Positions 1 to 8,560 of a DNA stretch of 39,277 bases are shown here, in pieces. A program made the position numbers and the translations under genes. Source of the DNA: a virus (Duplodnaviria; Caudoviricetes); the IMG/VR virus record IMGVR_UViG_3300032257_000047, positions 1-39,277 of that record; one strand, 5' to 3'. How positions within the stretch are numbered: position 1 is the stretch's first letter; every line of letters begins with the position of its first letter. The notes below the pieces were generated by a model, which saw nothing but the letters and a program-made list of their open reading frames with translations, did not search any database and was not told the DNA's origin.

Positions 1-101
1 CGTACTTTCTTATAGAGAACAGCATTGTAGTTAAGAAGATAGCTGGAAGTGCGGGGAATGTATGTTCTTAACTACAATGCTGTTCTCTATAAGAAAGTAC
101 G
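1..101. repeat. Perfect 37-bp inverted repeat (1-37 vs 65-101); probable fold-back chimera at the contig start
   Basis: 1-37 is the exact reverse complement of 65-101. The right-end copy of the same locus has different sequence upstream of AAGAA. Confidence 0.85.
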
Positions 102-158
102 GAATTAAAGAAGACGTTGGGTGTAGGTTGTTTGATGAAAACCTTGAGGTCTGTAATG
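33..158. repeat. 126-bp terminal overlap, left copy (identical to 39152-39277); circular assembly signature
   Basis: Base-by-base identity from AAGAAGATAGCTGG to GGTCTGTAATG at offset 39119. An ORF reads in frame across the join. Confidence 0.95.
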
Positions 159-188
159 GGGATGTGATGTCATGCGACAGTTGCCCAA

Positions 189-668
189 GTGAGTAAGATA
201 ATTGTAGGAGACATTGAAACTAATGGACTAAACCCTGATCGTATTCATTGTATCGTTCTCCAGGAGTTAGGGTCTGATAAGCCTTATGTTATTACCGATA
301 ACTTCAGGGATAATTATCTTAAATGTATTAAGGAGGGGTACACTTATGTTTTCCATAATTCACTGGGTTATGACTATCCTGTTCTGGAGTCTCTGTGCGG
401 TATCACTTATAGCATCTCTCCTGATTGTATTGCTGGCAGGGACTGTCAAATTATTGACACGTTGGTACTTTCAATGGAACTTAATCCTGATCGGTTGGGT
501 GGACACTCTCTTAAAGCGTGGGAAGAAAGAGTAACAGGGAAGAAACCAGAGGTAGACGATTGGGAAGATCAACCAATAGAAGTGTATGTTGAAAGATGTA
601 AGGCAGATGTGGAATTAACTAGTAATGTTTTTATAAGTCTTATGAAGGAGGCTGGAATTGAGTACTAG
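189..668 (+). CDS. Stand-alone 3'-5' exonuclease (proofreading) domain of a split family A DNA polymerase
   Basis: ExoI GDIETNG, ExoII FHNSLGYD, IDTLVLS..HSLKAW and ExoIII-like RCKADV, as in the T7 gp5 N-terminus. GTG start. Confidence 0.9.
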   Translation: MSKIIVGDIETNGLNPDRIHCIVLQELGSDKPYVITDNFRDNYLKCIKEGYTYVFHNSLGYDYPVLESLCGITYSISPDCIAGRDCQIIDTLVLSMELNPDRLGGHSLKAWEERVTGKKPEVDDWEDQPIEVYVERCKADVELTSNVFISLMKEAGIEY

Positions 669-849
669 ATATTGGATAAGTAGTGTAGAGGCCGAGGACT
701 TTAACGATAACGGCGATCTTGCAAAAGCTGTAATCTCAACACACAATCACAGAGAATGTGTTGTAGTGTACGGCTCAAATGAAAAGTTAACTGAACGCGT
801 TGTAAAGATACTTGAAGGTCTTAATAGAGAAGCAGAGATAGAGATATGA
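658..849 (+). CDS. Hypothetical protein between the polymerase halves
   Basis: 63-aa ORF overlapping both neighbours, with AGGAGG upstream. Confidence 0.6.
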   Translation: MSTRYWISSVEAEDFNDNGDLAKAVISTHNHRECVVVYGSNEKLTERVVKILEGLNREAEIEI

Positions 850-1052
850 AACTTAAAGAATGGTTAGAAGAGCTTAATGAGCTAGTAGATCATAATCCAA
901 ATATGCTAGAAATGGATATAGTAACATCTAGTGATGATGAAGGTAACTCCTTTAATACAGTGCAGTATACACCATCTTTTGGTATATTCATAGACGATGA
1001 GTTTGAACAAATAACTAAACCATCAGAAGCTACAGTTGTGTGCCTTAACTAA
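846..1052 (+). CDS. Small acidic hypothetical protein
   Basis: ATGA overlap upstream and TAATG coupling to the polymerase gene. SDDEGNSF motif. Confidence 0.7.
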   Translation: MKLKEWLEELNELVDHNPNMLEMDIVTSSDDEGNSFNTVQYTPSFGIFIDDEFEQITKPSEATVVCLN

Positions 1053-2509
1053 TGATTGAATTACCCACGTACCTTAAACTAGCTCATATAACTTATAACG
1101 GTATGTGTGAGCAGGGGCGTACTGGTTTTCTTTTCGACAAAGAGAAGGCTGAGGGACTTATCCCTGAGATAACCAAGAGAATGGAGGTAATACGTGAAGA
1201 GATAGAGCCAGAGTTGCCTACTCGTCAACCATTAAAGTCAGAGCTAAGTAAAATGACTCCTCCTAAGCTTCAGTTCAAGAAAGATGGTACACCTAGTGCA
1301 AGATGCATTGAGTGGTTCGATACAATAGCTAAGAAGCACCCATTAGCGACTGTTTATGTTGCAACTAAAGGTAATTGGACAGGTGAACTTCCGCACCATG
1401 AGCCTATTATTGAAGAACTACAAATGACATTAAGTAACGGTGATCAGATAAAGGAATGGCTCTTGGATCTTGGATGGACTCCTCTGTATTACAACTTCAA
1501 GCAGAAGAAAAACAAACATGGTAAGATGGAGAAAGTTAGAGAGAACGGGAAGTTAGTCAAGACATCTCCTAAGCTTCAAGAGAATGGAAAGATATGCCCA
1601 GGTTTAGTAGCTCTAGGTGAGAAAGCGGCTATAGTTAAACCTTACCTTGAGTGGCTTACACTCCGTCATAGACGTTCTCAGATACAGGGATGGCTTGATA
1701 ATCCTAGACTTGAAGTTGATGGTAGACTAGGCGCTACAGCTTCAGGGCTAACGAATACTAAGAGACAGAAACATAGCGTAGTAGTTAATGTACCTCGTGT
1801 AACGTCTACACTTGGGGAAGAGATGCGAGGACTCTTTATTGTACCAGAAGGTAAGGTATTGGTAGGGTATGATGCATCTTCATTAGAGGACAGGGTTAAG
1901 GCTCATTACCTTTATCCTATAGATGGTGGAGAGTTAGCGGCTAAGGTAGCAGCAGGTAGTTATGACCCCCATCAAGAGTCAGCAGATGCTTGGGGTATGC
2001 CTAGATCCAGAGCTAAGAATGGTAACTATGCATTGCAGTACTTATGTATGCCACCCACGTTAGCCAAGACACTTGGTTGTTCGTTACAAGAAGCTGAGGA
2101 ATATCATAAGCTTTACTGGGAGCTTAATTGGAGCCTTGATGAATTTGTTAATCAAGTAAAAAGATCATGGGTACAGAATAATAAGAAATATGTCTTGACA
2201 ATTGATCGGAGTAAGATATATACTAGAGCAGAACATAGTATAGCTAATTGCGTTATGCAATCAACAGGGGCTAAGATTATGGATGTGAGTTATGCTATAC
2301 TTAGGAAAGATTTAGAGAAGACTAAAATAAAAGCTGAGAGGTACATCTATAGCCATGACGAATATCAGTGGGGAGTAGAGCCAAGTGCAGCAGAGGAGTT
2401 CGGTGAAATGGGATGTGAGAGTATCCGTAAAGCAGGTCGCTTCTTTAAGCTTAACTGTGAAATGGATGCTGAATATATGATAGGTTCAAGTTGGGCGGAA
2501 TGCCATTGA
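1052..2509 (+). CDS. polA: Family A DNA polymerase, polymerase domain (T7 gp5-like)
   Basis: Motif A VGYDASSLEDR, motif B RSRAKNGNYALQY and motif C YSHDEYQW; C-terminal GSSWAECH. Confidence 0.95.
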   Translation: MIELPTYLKLAHITYNGMCEQGRTGFLFDKEKAEGLIPEITKRMEVIREEIEPELPTRQPLKSELSKMTPPKLQFKKDGTPSARCIEWFDTIAKKHPLATVYVATKGNWTGELPHHEPIIEELQMTLSNGDQIKEWLLDLGWTPLYYNFKQKKNKHGKMEKVRENGKLVKTSPKLQENGKICPGLVALGEKAAIVKPYLEWLTLRHRRSQIQGWLDNPRLEVDGRLGATASGLTNTKRQKHSVVVNVPRVTSTLGEEMRGLFIVPEGKVLVGYDASSLEDRVKAHYLYPIDGGELAAKVAAGSYDPHQESADAWGMPRSRAKNGNYALQYLCMPPTLAKTLGCSLQEAEEYHKLYWELNWSLDEFVNQVKRSWVQNNKKYVLTIDRSKIYTRAEHSIANCVMQSTGAKIMDVSYAILRKDLEKTKIKAERYIYSHDEYQWGVEPSAAEEFGEMGCESIRKAGRFFKLNCEMDAEYMIGSSWAECH

Positions 2510-2510
2510 T

Positions 2511-2539
2511 TTGACAAACATTAAAAAGTATGATTTAAT
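2511..2539 (+). promoter_or_regulatory. sigma70-type promoter
   Basis: TTGACA (2511-2516), 17 bp, TTTAAT (2534-2539), with an extended -10 TG at 2531-2532. Intergenic, upstream of the SSB cluster. Confidence 0.75.
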
Positions 2540-2564
2540 AACTTAACTAACAGAGGAAATAAGT

Positions 2565-2792
2565 ATGAGTGATCCATTAATTAAAGTTGGACATAGTATA
2601 AATCCAGAAGATGCTAATAATTTAAAATCTATTATAGTAGATGTATTCAAGGCTGGTTTTGATAACCATATGGATCAAATTACAATACAATCTGCTTTAT
2701 CAGACGCTTTTAATATGCTTTCAGCCCAAAATATTATAATCCAGAATTGTGTACTGAAAGGTGACACAACAATCAACACAGAGGAAATATAA
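2565..2792 (+). CDS. Hypothetical protein
   Basis: GAGGA RBS; abuts the next gene. Confidence 0.65.
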   Translation: MSDPLIKVGHSINPEDANNLKSIIVDVFKAGFDNHMDQITIQSALSDAFNMLSAQNIIIQNCVLKGDTTINTEEI

Positions 2793-3368
2793 ATGCCAGC
2801 AATATCATCAGTAGTAGAAGCAGTATCAGTTAAAGAGATGCCTGCTCCGGATAAATTTGAGAACACGCATCGAGCCAGCTTTAAGATTGGAGATGATTGG
2901 TACTCTTACGGTACAATTAAACGAGGTGTAGCTGGAGAGATCTGGACTAAATCAGGTATGATTACTAATGGTGCAGAGATTGAGTTCATGTATGATCAGA
3001 ACGGTGACTTCAAGAATGTAAAGAAAGCTACTGTAACAGTACTTAAACCAGGTAATGCTAACTCAGCACCAGCAGCACCAACAGCGTCAGGATCTGCACC
3101 AGCTAAGGGCGGTTACAATTCCAATATTATTGGGATGTCAGTAGGTGCAGCTATGAATCAAGCAGCTAACCTTCATGCTAACGATAAGAAGCTTGACTTT
3201 GATGCTATTGAGAAGACTGCTATCCAGATGTATAAGATAGCTGAAGGCTTGAAGGCTCAAGTAGAGGCAGGGGATATTGAATCAGCTGTAGTAGAGAAGA
3301 GTGAAGATTTCCCGCTACCTATCCCTGCAATGAAAGGCGATGATTTCGATGAAGAACCCCCCTTCTAA
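2793..3368 (+). CDS. Probable single-stranded DNA-binding protein
   Basis: Beta-rich N-terminal domain, Ala/Pro linker and an acidic tail ending in Phe (DDFDEEPPF). Lies in the replication module between a promoter and a terminator. Confidence 0.7.
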   Translation: MPAISSVVEAVSVKEMPAPDKFENTHRASFKIGDDWYSYGTIKRGVAGEIWTKSGMITNGAEIEFMYDQNGDFKNVKKATVTVLKPGNANSAPAAPTASGSAPAKGGYNSNIIGMSVGAAMNQAANLHANDKKLDFDAIEKTAIQMYKIAEGLKAQVEAGDIESAVVEKSEDFPLPIPAMKGDDFDEEPPF

Positions 3369-3380
3369 ATCAATGACTTA
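3368..3380 (+). promoter_or_regulatory. IHF consensus site
   Basis: AATCAATGACTTA matches WATCAANNNNTTR. Confidence 0.4.
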
Positions 3381-3402
3381 GGGGCGAAAGCCCCTTCTTT
3401 TT
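3380..3402 (+). terminator. Rho-independent terminator
   Basis: AGGGGC-GAAA-GCCCCT stem with a GNRA loop, followed by TCTTTTT. Confidence 0.85.
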
Positions 3403-3413
3403 AAGGAGAAAGA

Positions 3414-3957
3414 ATGAACAGTTCGATACTTGTTGATGCTATAATTGGGAGAGGTGTGACTTCTATGGAAGTATCTTCAAAACTTGAGAAGGAGGGTGTT
3501 ATGACCTTTACTGGGGATCAGCACAACCCTGAATGGAAATTCAAGAAGTCTTTACTTAAGACTTATAGTAAAGATACTCTTGAAACTATATACACAGAAG
3601 TTTGTGGTGGAGTATTATGAACATTGAAATACTAGCATCTCTCCGTAAAGGTAGTTCAGAAGAAGAGATTAAGATCAACTTTGATGACTCAACTATTGAG
3701 TACTTTATTCTTCAGTACCTTAAGGAGAATTATAACACGTATGAGCTAGACGATTGGTGTATGCTCAAGGTTTGTATAGACTAATATTAGGAGGTTGTAT
3801 GGAATACTTAGCAATTGAAATTATAGCTATATTTTTACTATCAGCAATGTTAGTAAGTAATCTATTATCCGCCATGCTTAATAAAGAGTTCGAGGCATAC
3901 CCTTGGGTGTATGGGCTACTCGTTTCCACTGTAGTCCTTATTGAGAAGCTTGTATGA
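3414..3957 (+). CDS. Three small coupled hypothetical genes (3414-3620, about 3617-3784, about 3799-3957); the last is a 2-TM membrane protein
   Basis: AGGAG/GGAG RBS motifs, ATGA overlaps, and hydrophobic segments in the third ORF. Confidence 0.6.
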
Positions 3958-4652
3958 AAGCACTTGTGGACAGTGACATAATGGCTTATTCAATAGCTTT
4001 CAGTACAGCTGATGAAGATTGGGAGGATGTAGCTAGTACCGTTGATGCTCATATAAGAGAGATTGTACGGAACTCAGGAGCTGATGATTACCAGCTCTAT
4101 TTAACAGGTACAAGATGTTGGAGAAGAGAGAAGTACGCTGATTATAAAGCTGGTAGAGTCTCAGAGAAACCTAAGTGGCATTCAGCTATACGTGAGTACT
4201 TAATCTCAGATTATAATGCTGAAGTTACAGATGATGGTAGAGAGGCTGATGATGTTATCTGTGAGATGTGCAGTAACGGGCAAGATAATACTAAGATTGA
4301 AAATTATGGGCCTACACTTATAGCTTGCTCCTCTGACAAAGATTTCAACATAGTTCCAGGGTGGCATTATAACCCTAAGTGGAAATGTAAGTACTGGGTA
4401 TCTGAAGAAGATGCTGATCTTTGGTTCGCTTGCCAGCTAATCCTTGGGGATAAAGTTGATGATATTGAAGGGCTTGATGGTTGGGGTAAGGTACGTTGTG
4501 TACAGATACTCTCTGATGGCAATCCTATTAAGAGAAGTATGATAGCTTATAAATACTTCTATGGTAAAGAGTGGGAAGCCCCTTTCATGAAAGCTTTTGA
4601 GTTACTTGATGTAGGCGCTACAAGAAACGCTGATTTGTATGGAGATTTATGA
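3954..4652 (+). CDS. 5'-3' exonuclease (T7 gp6 / flap endonuclease family)
   Basis: DSDI, YKAGR, READD, SDKD and the H3TH motif GDKVDDIEGLDGWG. Confidence 0.92.
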   Translation: MKALVDSDIMAYSIAFSTADEDWEDVASTVDAHIREIVRNSGADDYQLYLTGTRCWRREKYADYKAGRVSEKPKWHSAIREYLISDYNAEVTDDGREADDVICEMCSNGQDNTKIENYGPTLIACSSDKDFNIVPGWHYNPKWKCKYWVSEEDADLWFACQLILGDKVDDIEGLDGWGKVRCVQILSDGNPIKRSMIAYKYFYGKEWEAPFMKAFELLDVGATRNADLYGDL

Positions 4653-5032
4653 ATATTAATAAAGAGGCTATAAAACAAGTACTATTAGAGAGAGATGACG
4701 CTTGGCAAGTTTCAGCTTTACTTGACACTGACAATCTTAAGATTACATCACAGTACAGTATTAGTTATATGGCTGAGATGGTATGCATGGTCTGTCGGCC
4801 ATTTACTGAGAAACTTGATTTTAAGGAAGTAGAGTATCCCGCTTCTTGGTGGCAGCACTTTAAGAGAGATGTATTCCCTAAAAAGCTACTGGACATGTTC
4901 CCCTGTAAGAATGCTAAGGTTATTGTAGACATCAAAGCAGCATACCCGCTTATCTCATTACCTGATGAGCAGGTATTTGTTTATGCAACAGAGAAACATA
5001 CATTCCCGACTAGGTATGATGATGAAGCTTAA
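4649..5032 (+). CDS. Hypothetical protein
   Basis: 127-aa ORF with GGAG RBS and ATGA overlap. Confidence 0.65.
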   Translation: MNINKEAIKQVLLERDDAWQVSALLDTDNLKITSQYSISYMAEMVCMVCRPFTEKLDFKEVEYPASWWQHFKRDVFPKKLLDMFPCKNAKVIVDIKAAYPLISLPDEQVFVYATEKHTFPTRYDDEA

Positions 5033-5534
5033 ACACACAGAGAAAGCTGAGTACAGAGAGATGCTACTCCAGAAACAAGGCGGTGTATGCGCTCTCTGTG
5101 AAAATGTAATCAATGAAGGTCAGGCTACCCTCGACCATGACCACGGATCAGGGCATTGCAGGATGGTACTTTGTCGGAACTGTAACTCTATAGAAGGTCG
5201 TATACTTCACTGGGCTAAGAGAACAGGATCTCCTATAGAAGCTTGGTTAACTAATCTTATGTGGTACTGGAATCAAGATTGGACTGACAACCCAGTGTAT
5301 CCAACTCATAAAACTTACATAGAAAAAGAGATAGCAAAGCTTCGTAAGATTAAGAAGAAAGTAAAGCTGCATAAGACCAAGGCTAAGTATGAAGCCAAGA
5401 TCCAGAGATTACTTAAACAACTAAAGAAGGAAGACCGTAGTGAGAAGAATAGTCACCAAGAACTTAAGGCGCGCTGCAACAATAGTCGGCCTAAGACAAG
5501 GACTAAACGAACAAGAAATAAAAAGTCTTTATAA
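5022..5534 (+). CDS. Endonuclease VII-like Holliday junction resolvase (start probably at 5016-5022, not 4965)
   Basis: QGGVCALC...LDHDH..GHCR.VLCRNCN..EG signature of the T4 gp49 family. Confidence 0.9.
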   Translation: MKLKHTEKAEYREMLLQKQGGVCALCENVINEGQATLDHDHGSGHCRMVLCRNCNSIEGRILHWAKRTGSPIEAWLTNLMWYWNQDWTDNPVYPTHKTYIEKEIAKLRKIKKKVKLHKTKAKYEAKIQRLLKQLKKEDRSEKNSHQELKARCNNSRPKTRTKRTRNKKSL

Positions 5535-5568
5535 ACGAATGAAACGCCGCCACAGCAGAGGATTTTAA
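5440..5568 (+). CDS. Small basic protein overlapping the 3' end of the endonuclease VII gene (not in ORF track)
   Basis: GTG start after GAAGGAAG. MRRIVTKNLRRAATIVGLRQGLNEQEIKSLYKRMKRRHSRGF (42 aa); the next ATG is at 5570. Confidence 0.55.
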   Translation: MRRIVTKNLRRAATIVGLRQGLNEQEIKSLYKRMKRRHSRGF

Positions 5569-5569
5569 T

Positions 5570-5722
5570 ATGAAAATAATAGATAGCGTGCTGATAATTA
5601 TGGCTATATTGCTACTACTTGTAGCTAGTTACCACTCAATTTTTACAGGGAATGTACTACTTGAAATTAAGTATGTTTTAGGTTCTGTACTTTGTTTGTC
5701 GGTATTTAGGGTTGATAAGTAA
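5570..5722 (+). CDS. Small 2-TM membrane protein (not in ORF track)
   Basis: MKIIDSVLIIMAILLLLVASYHSIFTGNVLLEIKYVLGSVLCLSVFRVDK; GAGGA RBS and TAATG coupling. Confidence 0.6.
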   Translation: MKIIDSVLIIMAILLLLVASYHSIFTGNVLLEIKYVLGSVLCLSVFRVDK

Positions 5723-6417
5723 TGGATAACACAATCTTCATTTCAGATACCCATGCTCCTTACCAGCACAGGGACACTCTCCCTTTCCTTGGAGCTATTA
5801 AGGATTGTTATGACATCAAGATAGCTAAACATGTAGGGGATGTAGCTGATAATCACTTCTCTTCATTCCATCCTATTGAGTACGGTACAATGTCTGCTAA
5901 AGATGAGCATAAGAAAGCTAAGAGATTTATCCAGGAGTTGAATGCTATCTACCCAGAGATGACTATCTCTTTAGGGAATCATTGCAGTATGACTACCCGT
6001 AAAGCTAAGGTAGCTGATATACCTCTTGATCATATCAAGTCTTATAATGATATGTATGAGATCGAAGGTTGGGAATGGACTGATAAGGATTACTTCAAGG
6101 TTGATAAATATAATCATTGTTTGATGGTACATGCTATGTCTAAGACTACATTGACTAACGCTAAGACTCATTCACATCATTCAGTCCAAGGACATCATCA
6201 TGGTACATTTGGTATTGAGTACTTCGCTGATACTGAAGTCCTGAGATGGAGTATGACAGTTGGTTGTCTTATAGATACTAACTCTCCAGCTTTTAATTAC
6301 TCCAAGGGCTATACTAACAACAAGCCTATAATTGGTTGTGGAGCATTAGTAGAAGATCGCCCTGTATTAATCCCTATGCAATTATCAAAATCAGGTAGAT
6401 GGAATGGTGTAGTATGA
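5722..6417 (+). CDS. Calcineurin-like metallophosphoesterase
   Basis: ISDTH, VGD..D, LGNH, VH and QGHHH motifs in canonical order. Confidence 0.9.
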   Translation: MDNTIFISDTHAPYQHRDTLPFLGAIKDCYDIKIAKHVGDVADNHFSSFHPIEYGTMSAKDEHKKAKRFIQELNAIYPEMTISLGNHCSMTTRKAKVADIPLDHIKSYNDMYEIEGWEWTDKDYFKVDKYNHCLMVHAMSKTTLTNAKTHSHHSVQGHHHGTFGIEYFADTEVLRWSMTVGCLIDTNSPAFNYSKGYTNNKPIIGCGALVEDRPVLIPMQLSKSGRWNGVV

Positions 6418-6623
6418 GCTGGAATAATAGAATAATGAAATACAAAGATGGGACATTAGGTATCCATGAAGTGTATTATGAGAATGGCGAGATTAACGGG
6501 TTCACTCTCGATGCTGTAGGATGTCATGGGGATGATTTAGAGGATCTTAAGCTAGGTTTAGAACTTAAACTTAAAGCTTTTGATGCCCCAATCCTTGATT
6601 ATGAAGATGAGTGCGAAGAATGA
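6414..6623 (+). CDS. Hypothetical phage protein (MSWNNRIM..IHEVYY)
   Basis: 69-aa ORF from the internal Met; acidic C-terminus. Confidence 0.6.
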   Translation: MSWNNRIMKYKDGTLGIHEVYYENGEINGFTLDAVGCHGDDLEDLKLGLELKLKAFDAPILDYEDECEE

Positions 6624-7066
6624 GAGGCGTGATACCACCAGTTGTATTAGAGCAATTCGATGAAGTAAGAATAGATACAATATCACAAAACGGAGGGGAT
6701 GGTTTGCACTATCCTGAATTAGAGGAATTAGATATGAGAGATAAATGTTCAGGATGTGTAACAACGTGTGAGCCTTGTAAGCCTGATGAGAACCCTAATA
6801 ATACTTGTACAATACCTTTTGATGAGATGCGAGAGAGATACAAAGACAATGGCTCTACAGCCAAACACTACGAGCTACCTGAAGGGTGTACAGAGCTTAA
6901 GCACCTTATCTGGTACAAGAATATGAATGCTCAAGTAGGTGAGGCTTTCCGTAAGTTATGGAGACTAGGTAGAGGTGATCGTAACGATGCAGTACGTGAT
7001 TTGAATGGCGTTATTGCTTATTGTGAACAAGAGAAAGAGAGAATACAGATGTACGAGGAAATGTAA
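6611..7066 (+). CDS. DUF3310/SaV-like (T7 gp1.7-like) protein
   Basis: C-terminal AKHY...GEAFRKLWRLG....DLNGVIAYCEQE resembles the P.HY..GNA.KY..R..DL.KA..Y pattern, though degenerate. Confidence 0.6.
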   Translation: MRRMRGVIPPVVLEQFDEVRIDTISQNGGDGLHYPELEELDMRDKCSGCVTTCEPCKPDENPNNTCTIPFDEMRERYKDNGSTAKHYELPEGCTELKHLIWYKNMNAQVGEAFRKLWRLGRGDRNDAVRDLNGVIAYCEQEKERIQMYEEM

Positions 7067-7218
7067 TGACATCAGATAAAATAGACGATCTACTAGAGAA
7101 GTATGACCTGGATGAGCTACTTGATATGTTAGTAGCTAGGGGATTAACTGGCCCTGAGTTCCTTGATAGGTTCAGTGACATACTTTACTTAGTACTAGAG
7201 GATGAGGCTGAGAGGTAA
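7066..7218 (+). CDS. Small acidic hypothetical protein (not in ORF track)
   Basis: MTSDKIDDLLEKYDLDELLDML...; TAATG coupling on both sides. Confidence 0.65.
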   Translation: MTSDKIDDLLEKYDLDELLDMLVARGLTGPEFLDRFSDILYLVLEDEAER

Positions 7219-7397
7219 TGGCTAAGATAATCCCATTCAGAGCTAAGTACATATCTGTAGTAGCTTGCTGTGAGGAATGTACAGCTACTTGGATCTCTCA
7301 TCTGAGAGAGAGTGATTATAAGAAGTATTTAGTTGACAAGACATCAAAATGCTGTTATTGTAAATCAAAGAAAGTTAGATATTGCCGAAGAGAATAA
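7218..7397 (+). CDS. Small zinc-finger protein (not in ORF track)
   Basis: 59 aa with CEEC...CCYC; GAGG RBS and TAATG coupling. Confidence 0.65.
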   Translation: MAKIIPFRAKYISVVACCEECTATWISHLRESDYKKYLVDKTSKCCYCKSKKVRYCRRE

Positions 7398-7456
7398 CGA
7401 GGCACAATTCCGAATAGAGTAGTGCAGACAATCCATGTTAACGGTAGGAGAAAATA

Positions 7457-7798
7457 ATGGCAATGAATAAAAAAGAACAAAAGCTAGTCGAAGATTTAAA
7501 AATAGTCGCGGCTCTACGGTGGACTGATGGTGCTGAAAAAGATATTCCAAAGCCAAGAAGTGAGGATGGGCTAGTTTCTGGCTATGTGTTTAATTCTTAT
7601 TCTTATCGAGTCGAAGAATCTTGCTCTAACTCGGTTTGTCATGGAAGAGGTCGTTCAGACAAAACTACTTCTCAAAATCCAATAGAAATGTTTAGCTCAA
7701 GATTATTGGCATTAAAAGCTATGAGGCATGAAGTAGAACTACGCCTAGCTATAGAATTGAGAAAAATTGATTTACTAATTGAAAAAGAGCTTGGCTAG
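7457..7798 (+). CDS. Hypothetical protein
   Basis: AGGAG RBS; 113 aa. Confidence 0.7.
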   Translation: MAMNKKEQKLVEDLKIVAALRWTDGAEKDIPKPRSEDGLVSGYVFNSYSYRVEESCSNSVCHGRGRSDKTTSQNPIEMFSSRLLALKAMRHEVELRLAIELRKIDLLIEKELG

Positions 7799-7822
7799 CC
7801 CTGCACAATACCGGAGATAGTA

Positions 7823-8074
7823 ATGGAATTCTGGGATAACGATGATTACAAGGATTGGCTAGATATGATTGATTCTAAGGATATAGTACGTTCATGCTCT
7901 GCTTGTGTTTATGCTATCAAGCTTGATTTGTATAACCTGGAGTCCCCTTTGTATTGCTATAATGACCTTTGTTCTCATGTAGACACACGATGGACATCTT
8001 GCTCAGATGCAAGGAATGTCCCATACGGCCTTTGCGGGACTGAAGCATTTCACTTCAAGATTTCACATGTTTAG
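7823..8074 (+). CDS. Cys-rich hypothetical protein; last gene of the + arm
   Basis: GGAG RBS; CSAC...C..C...C...CG. Confidence 0.6.
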   Translation: MEFWDNDDYKDWLDMIDSKDIVRSCSACVYAIKLDLYNLESPLYCYNDLCSHVDTRWTSCSDARNVPYGLCGTEAFHFKISHV

Positions 8075-8140
8075 TCCACTATTTAGTCTAATTTTGTGGA
8101 TTCTAATATGCTTTATAGTCTTTGCACTCGCTTTCCTAAT

Positions 8141-8551
8141 CTAGTCAAAGTCAGGGTCATCTGTAGATGGCTCTTTCTTTGCCTTCTTAGGCCTATCTTT
8201 AGTATTCATAACCCCCTCTACAGCTCCTCCACCGAAGTAGAACAACACAATACTTAGCATTATCTCCCCTATATAGAAGTCCGATAAAATAGCTTTAACA
8301 GCTATCACATCCCCTATCCCAGCTAATGTAAGCGATAGCACTAACACGTAACTAAGTACGTATGTGCAGGTAAATATCAGAGCTATATATCTCTGTGCTA
8401 TCTTAAATGGAGCATAAGCCTTGAGTAAGTCTGTTTTAGCCTTTGACTTAGCTGCAATAGCCTCCTCTTCTGAGGTATGCATACTATCAATCAAACCTAA
8501 ACCTTTCTCAATAACATTACCTGAACCTAGTATAGTCGCTAGTACACTCAT
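8141..8551 (-). CDS. Holin (GTA 3TM-holin-like)
   Basis: G..LID..HTSEEE...AK..L..Y.PF pattern, hydrophobic segments and FYFGG; last late gene. Confidence 0.7.
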   Translation of the reverse strand: MSVLATILGSGNVIEKGLGLIDSMHTSEEEAIAAKSKAKTDLLKAYAPFKIAQRYIALIFTCTYVLSYVLVLSLTLAGIGDVIAVKAILSDFYIGEIMLSIVLFYFGGGAVEGVMNTKDRPKKAKKEPSTDDPDFD

Positions 8552-8560
8552 TCTGTTCTC

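Noticed and set aside
1-101. Hairpin telomere or protelomerase site
   Set aside because: No protelomerase gene is present, the repeat falls inside a gene, and the other copy of the locus lacks it.
669-1051. Group I intron or intein in the polymerase
   Set aside because: The gap is fully occupied by two coupled ORFs with no homing-endonuclease motifs or non-coding core.
8075-8140. Bidirectional terminator at the convergence of the two arms
   Set aside because: Only a 5-bp stem (TCCAC/GTGGA) with a long loop is visible, too weak to call.
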